Below, piece after piece: positions 9,448 through 16,660 of a stretch of DNA of 40,802 nucleotides; the first letter of the stretch is position 1, and every line of letters begins with the position of its first letter. The DNA comes from Candidatus Methanophagales archaeon (GTDB taxonomy: Archaea > Halobacteriota > Syntropharchaeia > Alkanophagales > Methanospirareceae): positions 1 to 40,802 of the forward strand of contig JAUWND010000003.1 in the NCBI GenBank assembly GCA_030612835.1, given 5' to 3'. Both the position numbers and the translations under genes were made by a program. The notes under the pieces were generated by a model. That model was not told where the DNA came from. It saw only the letters and a program-made list of their open reading frames with translations, and did not search any database.

Positions 9448-9471
9448 AAACCAGAGAAATCATTTATTTAT

Positions 9472-10089
9472 CTATTTGTGTTTCCCCGGTGGATGACAGA
9501 CAGTACAGGTTTCTTCCGTAACGTCTACATCGTGGTCGTTGTGACATGCCACACACTCGTGTCCCTCATAACTGGGGCTCTCGTGGCCGACGTATTCACT
9601 GATTCTATGTGTCGTGTGCTTGATTGTAGGATGGCATTTAAAGCACGAGATAGTGGGGTCAGCGATTTCTTCTGGCGGTGTTCTGTGCTTACTATGGCAC
9701 TCCATGCAATGTTCCACTTTTGGAGATGCCGGTGGCTCCTGTTCTATGTGATCTGCCAGCGCTTCAAGAGCTTCGTTTGTGTCGCTTCCCTCCATCATCG
9801 CTTCCGCTATCGCTTCCGCATGGTGCGTGGCATGCCCCATGTACATGAACATTTCTATCCCATGCGGGTGATGGCAATCGTGACAATCCTCTATGTGATT
9901 ATGCACTGAATTTTGATGGGAGATCAAAAAATACTCCATCTCATGACAGTTCGAAGCACAGCTCTCCGGTTTTTCCATCTCTTCCATCATTGCAGGCATT
10001 ATAAATACCGCGCCAATCGCCGCACCGATGATGACACCGAGAGTAACCACTACGACCAATCCAATAATCACCTTCTCACCAAGTTCCAT
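9472..10089 (-). CDS. Membrane-anchored multiheme cytochrome c, NapC/NirT-like N-terminus
   Basis: Single N-terminal TM, then CASNCHEM...SVH...CHDCH, then CMECH, CFKCH, CVACH, CTVCH. ATG at 10089 follows GGAGGAG. Confidence 0.87.
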   Translation of the reverse strand: MELGEKVIIGLVVVVTLGVIIGAAIGAVFIMPAMMEEMEKPESCASNCHEMEYFLISHQNSVHNHIEDCHDCHHPHGIEMFMYMGHATHHAEAIAEAMMEGSDTNEALEALADHIEQEPPASPKVEHCMECHSKHRTPPEEIADPTISCFKCHPTIKHTTHRISEYVGHESPSYEGHECVACHNDHDVDVTEETCTVCHPPGKHK

Positions 10090-10220
10090 ACGCACTCCTC
10101 CTAATTGTACTTTTCACTTTCATTTATTTTATATATCACTACTCCAAAAGGTGTTAATCACCTTTTAGCAAGGAGCACATATAAACTTTTCGCTTTTTTA
10201 TCACGAGAAAGAAAAATCAG

Positions 10221-10233
10221 AAAGCTTTATATA
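10221..10233 (+). promoter_or_regulatory. Putative BRE/TATA box
   Basis: Purine run followed by TTTATATA, about 35 nt upstream of the ATG at 10268. Confidence 0.5.
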
Positions 10234-10267
10234 TGTGGATCTATCTTTAGAGAAATGGTGATGTGTA

Positions 10268-10828
10268 ATGGAACTCGTAAAAAGAATACGCGGATTCGCA
10301 TTTAATCCGTCACAGGAATTCGCAGCGGCAAAGAAGGACACGCTCATGGATGCGTTCAAATATTATATCCTTTTGCTGGCTGTACTAGCGGCAATACTCG
10401 CAATTGTAGTGGCAGTAGCGGTGGCAGTAGCGGAGTCTATGGTTGAATTGCCGATGTTAGGGGGATTCGCTTTTCTGCTCGGTGCAGTGACTTTTGTGGA
10501 TATACTCATCATAGGATTCTTCGCCGCGCTCTACATCATAGTAGGGCTTCATATTTGGGTGTACTTGTTTGGCGGTAGAAAGGGGTTAAAGGAGACTGCA
10601 AAAGCGGTTACGTATGGTGCAACGCCGTGCTTGATATTAGGTTGGATTCCAGTAGCGAACGTCATCATCGGCCCGATATGGTCAGTTCTAGTGATAATTA
10701 ACGGTGTGATGCAGCTTCAAGAGCTTTCGCCTGGAATGGCTATTCTTGCTATAATCGTTGCAATCTTAGTGCCCGTGCTAGTAATTGCCGCAGTCCTTGC
10801 CGCGCTTGCTGTTCCAATGATGCTATAA
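10268..10828 (+). CDS. Yip1 family membrane protein
   Basis: NPSQEF start, GGRKGLKETAKAVTYGATP..LGWIP motif, about 5 TM. Confidence 0.85.
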   Translation: MELVKRIRGFAFNPSQEFAAAKKDTLMDAFKYYILLLAVLAAILAIVVAVAVAVAESMVELPMLGGFAFLLGAVTFVDILIIGFFAALYIIVGLHIWVYLFGGRKGLKETAKAVTYGATPCLILGWIPVANVIIGPIWSVLVIINGVMQLQELSPGMAILAIIVAILVPVLVIAAVLAALAVPMML

Positions 10829-10859
10829 ACTAAACTAAACTAAACTAAACTAAACTAAA
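10826..10859. repeat. (TAAAC)6 pentanucleotide microsatellite
   Basis: Six perfect units plus TAAA, starting at the Yip1 stop codon and filling the gap between convergent genes. Confidence 0.95.
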
Positions 10860-10864
10860 GGTGA

Positions 10865-11305
10865 TCAGAGCTTAACGTTAAGCTCTTCCTTTAGCGTCTT
10901 GAGTACAAGCTCTGAATCCACCCGTTCCACACCTGCGATCTCTTTTAATTTCTCTATAATAGAGCCACATTTACCATGTCCTGTGCACTTGGAGATGACG
11001 AGTAGGTCAAAATCACCAGTTACATGGTGAACGCAACAACTCGCTTCTATCTTCGCCATCTCTTTACCAACCTCTTCGATACTATATTCCTGCTTGATTT
11101 TTATCTTGGAGATTAGCGTAACCATGCCGATCTCAGAGGTATTAAGAGTCGTAGTATAGCCACAAATAATGCCTTTTTCCGTTAGCTTTTTCACTCTATC
11201 GCTTACAGTGGCAGTGCTTACGCCTATCTTCTGCGCAATCTTAGTGAAAGATTTACGAGAATCCAACTGCAGTTCCTCCAATATCCTCTTATCTAAATTA
11301 TCCAT
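10865..11305 (-). CDS. Lrp/AsnC family transcriptional regulator
   Basis: MDNLDKRILEELQLDSRKSFTKIAQKIGVS..TV..RVKKL HTH; VTGDFDL in the RAM domain. Confidence 0.95.
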   Translation of the reverse strand: MDNLDKRILEELQLDSRKSFTKIAQKIGVSTATVSDRVKKLTEKGIICGYTTTLNTSEIGMVTLISKIKIKQEYSIEEVGKEMAKIEASCCVHHVTGDFDLLVISKCTGHGKCGSIIEKLKEIAGVERVDSELVLKTLKEELNVKL

Positions 11306-11398
11306 GCTATCCTCCTTTAATTAAATGTGAGCAACAATGATTCCTATAATAGGTGTGCATAAATAGTTTTAATATATCTATGTATGTGGAATTCTAAG

Positions 11399-13081
11399 TT
11401 AATGTGTGAAATATGCTACTACCTCCGTTTTTGCAACAGAATCAATCATGACGAAACCGTATCGTTCGAACTGAACCACGTTTCCGAGTTCCGAAGCGAT
11501 CAACGGCTCGCCTATGCCTTCGTCTATCCCGTCTGGTCTCTTTACCCGGACTTTTATATTCTGTGTGGGCGCCCATTGGATAACCGGTACTTCGGGTTCG
11601 GGATCTATAACCTTGGCCTGTAATGGGTTAACGGACTCTATTTCCACAGTGCGGAGGTATTTCAGCCGTATTTTTTTTTGCCCCTCTTCTATCTTCGCGA
11701 AATCATCGCTACTTATGTAAACGGTATCGCCGGTTCTTATCTCACGGTAATCAGCTCTAGAAGGATGTTTCAAAGCCTTAGCTACGAAGGAATCGCCATC
11801 TTTTAGCTTCATCGCTTTCGGGTTACGCACAAAAAAATATCGCGATGCGAGCGCATCCACGGCTTTCCTGTTCTCCGCGTACAAATTCTTCATACTAACC
11901 GCTATGTCTGTTTGTGTAACGCCGATAGAGATAAAGAACTTACGAATTGCTTCTGACCGAAACCCTCTTCTACGTAGTGCTTTTAGCGTTGGGAGCTGTG
12001 GATCGTCCCAGCCGTCATATTCGCCGCTTTCTATCTGTTTCCTTAGCTCGGACGTGCTGAATTTACCGAATTCTTGCATCTTTATCCTACCCCAGAGTAT
12101 TGTTCTTGGATATCGCCAGCCGAGATAGTCATATATGAATTGCTGCCTCTGTCCCGATTTCATCAGGTCCTTGCCCCTTATTATATGCGTTACACCGAGT
12201 AGATGATCTTCTATCGCAGATTCAAAATCCAATGTTGGCCATACCACATATCTGCTGCCAACCCTGGGATGATCTTTTTTTAATATTCGGAATGCAACCC
12301 AATCTTTTAAAGCCGGGTCCGCACTTGCCATGTCCGTTTTTATCCTCAGAACCGCTTCCTTCTCTTCATAAGCGCCCGTTAGCATCTTCTCCCAATTGGC
12401 CATATTCGCCATAACGCTAACAGCTCTGTGAGGGCATGGTTCTTCCCGCTCTTTGTAGGCTTTGAACGCATCAGAACTGCAAAAGCAGACATAAGCCGCG
12501 CTCTTTTTTAGCAGTTCCTCTGCATATTTGTAATATATATCTATACGATCAGATGCCACTACCACTTCGTCTGGTTCGGCATCTAGCCATGCGCAGTCTT
12601 CAAGGTACCAGTCATAAGCCTCTAATAACGGGCGCTTTACGACAGGATCCGTATCATCAAACCGCAGAATGAATTTGCCTTTATACCGTTTCGCATATTC
12701 TGAATTTACTATTATGCCGCGGACACTGCCAAGCGTTGCAGCGCCGTTTGGATTGGGTGCGAATCGCATCACAACGCTTTCGCCTTCTGTAAGTTGCAGG
12801 TCAGGTAGTCTAACTTCCTGTTTCGCTTTCGCTTTCTCTTTTGGCTCTGCCACTAATTCCGGCGCTAGCTTGGTCAATTCCGCTATTCGATCATCCTTGC
12901 TCATTGATTCTATACGCGCTATCTCTTCTTTTACCAGTGCGTACACCTGTTTCGCATCCTTTCTCAATTCCGGATTCTCACCTAGGATCTTCTTCAGCAC
13001 GGAATCCACCTTAGGCGGTTTCTCATACCTTACCGCATTCTGCAGGGCGGATTTCCTTATCTTTGTTACTGTCTCTTCCAT
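11399..13081 (-). CDS. gltX: Glutamate--tRNA ligase (archaeal type)
   Basis: Motifs VMRFAPNPNG, LRFDDTDP, THIIRGKD, GWDDPQLPTL and QFERYGF. Confidence 0.97.
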   Translation of the reverse strand: MEETVTKIRKSALQNAVRYEKPPKVDSVLKKILGENPELRKDAKQVYALVKEEIARIESMSKDDRIAELTKLAPELVAEPKEKAKAKQEVRLPDLQLTEGESVVMRFAPNPNGAATLGSVRGIIVNSEYAKRYKGKFILRFDDTDPVVKRPLLEAYDWYLEDCAWLDAEPDEVVVASDRIDIYYKYAEELLKKSAAYVCFCSSDAFKAYKEREEPCPHRAVSVMANMANWEKMLTGAYEEKEAVLRIKTDMASADPALKDWVAFRILKKDHPRVGSRYVVWPTLDFESAIEDHLLGVTHIIRGKDLMKSGQRQQFIYDYLGWRYPRTILWGRIKMQEFGKFSTSELRKQIESGEYDGWDDPQLPTLKALRRRGFRSEAIRKFFISIGVTQTDIAVSMKNLYAENRKAVDALASRYFFVRNPKAMKLKDGDSFVAKALKHPSRADYREIRTGDTVYISSDDFAKIEEGQKKIRLKYLRTVEIESVNPLQAKVIDPEPEVPVIQWAPTQNIKVRVKRPDGIDEGIGEPLIASELGNVVQFERYGFVMIDSVAKTEVVAYFTH

Positions 13082-13240
13082 TGTTCGCTACTGATTCTTT
13101 TATAGTTTAATAATAAAAAACCACATTATGCAGCATAAAATTCTGTCATATCTCGAGAGTTCAAAACACTTTGCTATTCTATCCTTAACGCTTAAAGCTT
13201 AAAGACTCAAGCTTGCAACATCCTATCTTTGCCGTTAGAT

Positions 13241-13339
13241 TAACCGCAGAGTTCACAGAGAGCGCAGAGTCATTTACGAATCATTCGTAATTCGTAATTC
13301 TTAATTGAATTTTCTTTCGCCCCGCGTTCTCTGCGGTAA
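13241..13339. repeat. REP-like periodic palindrome (CGCAGAG units) with internal TTCGTAA repeats
   Basis: TAACCGCAGAGTTCACAGAGAGCGCAGAG ... GCGTTCTCTGCGGTAA; the arms resemble those inside the MITEs. Confidence 0.7.
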
Positions 13340-13778
13340 ATGAAATGAGACAAAGTCAAGCTAAATATTCAGCGCAATTTCTGCATCTGAAATGTCCTTC
13401 ACAATCTCTGTCGCCCCTTATCCCAAACAACTTTGTACCGCAAACCTTTATATAGTGCAAAGTATATTGTAGTAATCATGACTGAAAAAAATCGAGCGAA
13501 GCGGAAGCGAGCGGGAAGTTTACCGGGCAATTCAAAGCGATGGTCCGAATTGGTTTTTTACCGGTATTTCGCGCGCTATCATGGCCGTAATTCTCTTCGA
13601 CCATCGGTACGCAGGGGTAACAGGTTTATTGGTCTGTACACACCCTTTTTTGAAAAAACAGATCCGGCAGAGTGTTGTCTACCCGCGCGTTGGATGCGCC
13701 CCTTCCGTGGTGGTAAAAGTAAAGATATTCAGGGAGGCGCCTGTGGGATAACTCGCTACCTAAAAAGGAGGTTTTAAA

Positions 13779-14390
13779 ATGACACAAAACATCAATCTGA
13801 AAGAACTCGAGAAGAAGGCATGGACATCTACTTTTGAAGATGGTATTATGGACATTGGAATAGGTCTTATATTAGTTGTGACAACAATTTGCCAGACGTT
13901 CGATGATGCTCGTTTTTATCTGTATCCATTATTCATAGTACCGGTACTGTTTATCACGGCAGCAAAAAAATACATTACGACTCCCAGGATGGGGCTTGTC
14001 AAATTCAGCAGGGCACGCAACAGAAAAAGTTATGTGCTTTACTTAATCATGACAGCATCAATTGTTATTCTGCTGATACTGACAGTAAAAGGATTGTTTC
14101 AACAATTACCGATGACACCTGTGATAGTCGGAGCGATAGTATTCTTTATCCCCTGTTCAATTGCATATTTTTTGAATTTTGACAGGATGTATATTTATGC
14201 TATCTTGTTTACGTTATCCTTTGCACTTAATGAGATAACAATAGCAAATACAGGAGTCATTGCAAGCGGTGCATATGCATGGCTGATCTCAGGAATAATA
14301 ATGATAGTGATCGGGGTTGTATATTTGGTTAGATTCCTGAAGAAATATCCGCTGCCTGTGAAGGGGGTGTACAATGACAGCACAAATTGA
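13779..14390 (+). CDS. Hypothetical membrane protein (paralog A)
   Basis: GGAGG RBS. Motifs EKKAW...DGIMD, YITTPRMGLVKF and FLKKYPL; about 6 TM. Confidence 0.85.
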   Translation: MTQNINLKELEKKAWTSTFEDGIMDIGIGLILVVTTICQTFDDARFYLYPLFIVPVLFITAAKKYITTPRMGLVKFSRARNRKSYVLYLIMTASIVILLILTVKGLFQQLPMTPVIVGAIVFFIPCSIAYFLNFDRMYIYAILFTLSFALNEITIANTGVIASGAYAWLISGIIMIVIGVVYLVRFLKKYPLPVKGVYNDSTN

Positions 14391-14994
14391 TCTGAACAAG
14401 ATCGAGCAAAAAGCATATCGCGATTCACAGCAGGATGGCTTGATGGAACTCATGATGGGACTGATTCTCATGGCATTTGGTGGCTTTTTCTATTCCACCG
14501 TTTTTGTCTTCTATATATTGTTAATTTTATTTTCTGGCAGGATTGTGGAGTCTATTCGAAAACGGTACACATATCCCAGGATCGGGTTTGTCAAGTTCCC
14601 ACAGGAAAATCTCAAGCATAATTTGACCGGCGTTTTCCTTTTCGAGTTCGCAGTTATCGTGATTATATTCACCCTGATCTCTATTTTTGGCGACGTTAAG
14701 GATTATTCACAATGGGTGAAGTGGTCGCCATTGTTTTTCGGGATGATCCTAGTCGGACCCTTTGCCCACGCAGCATCCAAATCGGGAAACGTCCGTTATA
14801 CGGGATATGCAATCCTGTCAGTGATTCTTGGCGGTTTCTTCTCTTTGATAGAGTTTGGATCGGGATGTACGGGGTTGATACTCTATTTGGTTTTCATAGG
14901 CGGGTTCCTAGTCCTTAGTGGGTTGGTCATTTTCATCACGTTCCTGCGTAAGTATCCACTACTGGAAAAGGAGGCACCGGATGTCAGCAAGTGA
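14374..14994 (+). CDS. Hypothetical membrane protein (paralog B)
   Basis: Motifs EQKAY...DGLME, YTYPRIGFVKF and FLRKYPL mirror paralog A; the genes overlap. Confidence 0.85.
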   Translation: MTAQIDLNKIEQKAYRDSQQDGLMELMMGLILMAFGGFFYSTVFVFYILLILFSGRIVESIRKRYTYPRIGFVKFPQENLKHNLTGVFLFEFAVIVIIFTLISIFGDVKDYSQWVKWSPLFFGMILVGPFAHAASKSGNVRYTGYAILSVILGGFFSLIEFGSGCTGLILYLVFIGGFLVLSGLVIFITFLRKYPLLEKEAPDVSK

Positions 14995-15307
14995 TTCCGA
15001 CGGCGAAGACCACCACCCCATCGCTGAGATCGACCGTTTGATCCATGAACCTGCCCGGCTCATGATCATGGCATACCTATATGTCGTCGAGAGCGCCGAC
15101 TTCCTCTTTTTGATGCACCAGACCGGGCTGACACACGGCAACCTATCCTCGCACATGAGCAAGCTGGAAGCTGCAGGCTACATCGAGATCGTAAAGGAAT
15201 TTGTGGACAGAAAGCCGCATACCATGCTCCAGCTCACAGACAAAGGGCGAACGGCTTTTCAGAAGTACCGGCAGAGTATGATGCAGGTATTCGATGATCT
15301 GCCCTGA
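14981..15307 (+). CDS. Winged-helix transcriptional regulator (ArsR/MarR-like, HTH_34 type)
   Basis: ATG at 14981 follows GGAGG. IHEPARLMIM...TGLTHGNLSSHMSKLEAAGYI...LTDKGR. Confidence 0.9.
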   Translation: MSASDSDGEDHHPIAEIDRLIHEPARLMIMAYLYVVESADFLFLMHQTGLTHGNLSSHMSKLEAAGYIEIVKEFVDRKPHTMLQLTDKGRTAFQKYRQSMMQVFDDLP

Positions 15308-15439
15308 GCCAGCCACCCGGAGTAAAATCTATTTATCATCGTGACGTTTGAGACAACAACAAAATTAAAAACCTTTTTATATCCCTTTGTGCTTAGTAAT
15401 TTCACAGCCAGGTAAAATAGTGGCGAAAGGGTGTAATAA

Positions 15440-16453
15440 ATGACGGCTAAATGTATTTGGATTTGGAAGGGCTTCTCAGTCATTTTGGCATTATACGTTA
15501 TCTTGCTTCTGGTGTCGCCTTCTATTGCAGGTGCATGTCCCACGGGAGTTAGTTGTAGCTGCAGTGATGATGCCGCCTTTGGTGCGGCCCTTAGCGCAGG
15601 CATGAAAATCCCTAATGAAGAAGCAGGAATGCCGGCATACACAAATGTTAGTGAGATGTTGACATACACAAACGCGGAATACAACTTTTCAATTGGCTAT
15701 CCCCATGATTGGACAGTGCAAGAAAACCTTCTGGACACTGAGGTGATATTCTCCGGGCCGATAGAGGATAATTACACGATAAACGCGAACGTAAGAACAG
15801 TAGAACTACCAGACGACACAATTAATGGCGAACCTGTTTCGGGGCATATAATTAGAACCACAACGGATGAAGGGATTGACGTTAAACATATGCAAGCATG
15901 TTTCGTACGTAATAGAACAGCATATGTAATAGGATTCACTGCTGCATCGAGCACATTTGATACTGCAGAAACGGATTACTTTGTGCCCATGTTACAAAGC
16001 TTTAAGTTCATAGAAGAAGCGGTTGGAATAGAGATTTCAGTAACAAACCAGTCTAAAGTCTTGGAAGGTGGTAATTTCACTGCATTTGTAACAGTAAATG
16101 ATGCTACTAACTTCACAATATTTCTGTTTAAGCTGAACTATGATTCTTCGGTCATAGAGTTAATCGAAGTCGAAAAGGGATTTGATAGCCCAACATCTAG
16201 TAGCTCTACATGGCTGAGGTGGGGTGATAAGGAAAAAGGCACAGTGCAAATTATCGCTTACTCTGATCCATTTGGGACGCTAGTTAACGGATCCGCGGAA
16301 CTCGTAAGGTTTGAGTTCCATGTTGTTGGACGTGCAGGAGAAAAAAGCGTTCTTGATATTCAAGGGATTATTGGTGATTCCGCTATGGAATCAATAGAAA
16401 CGATATGGGTGGACTCGGAGGTTACAGTCACGTCTGGAGAGGCACTGTCTTAA
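15440..16453 (+). CDS. Secreted protein with PsbP-like and cohesin-like domains; last codons supplied by a MITE
   Basis: Signal peptide; YNFSIGYPHDW (PsbP-like); FKLNYDSSVIE...GSAELVRFEFHVVG (cohesin-like). Confidence 0.75.
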   Translation: MTAKCIWIWKGFSVILALYVILLLVSPSIAGACPTGVSCSCSDDAAFGAALSAGMKIPNEEAGMPAYTNVSEMLTYTNAEYNFSIGYPHDWTVQENLLDTEVIFSGPIEDNYTINANVRTVELPDDTINGEPVSGHIIRTTTDEGIDVKHMQACFVRNRTAYVIGFTAASSTFDTAETDYFVPMLQSFKFIEEAVGIEISVTNQSKVLEGGNFTAFVTVNDATNFTIFLFKLNYDSSVIELIEVEKGFDSPTSSSSTWLRWGDKEKGTVQIIAYSDPFGTLVNGSAELVRFEFHVVGRAGEKSVLDIQGIIGDSAMESIETIWVDSEVTVTSGEALS

Positions 16454-16607
16454 AAACTAGTGATTTATCAACGCGGAGATCGCAGAGGGCGCAGAGTTTA
16501 AGAGCGTTCCAATTCACGCTTGGTTTTTCTAATGCCTCTGCGTTCTCTGTGTGCTCTGCGGTGAAACTTGAGGATATAGTGATTTCACTGGAAAATTCGA
16601 CAGTGCC
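16441..16607. mobile_element. MITE copy B, IS6-like TIRs with perfect 8-bp target site duplication
   Basis: GGCACTGTC...GACAGTGCC flanked by TCTGGAGA at 16433-16440 and 16608-16615. Confidence 0.92.
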
Positions 16608-16660
16608 TCTGGAGAATAATCTTTCAGCAGTTTAGCTGGTTCTGAACTCGCGCGAATTAG

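Noticed and set aside
12715-12770. GluRS HIGH motif reads TLGS (and KMSKS reads KFSTS)
   Set aside because: Such degenerate motifs occur in methanomicrobial GluRS, and the rest of the gene is intact.
13433-13777. 114-aa ORF upstream of the membrane protein pair
   Set aside because: TTG start, overlaps a TATA-like box, and has an Arg-rich, non-protein-like composition.
16405-16635. 76-aa ORF with RRSQRAQS
   Set aside because: It is a translation of the MITE's periodic repeat; the same applies to 20215-20403 and 28720-28965 over the hairpins.
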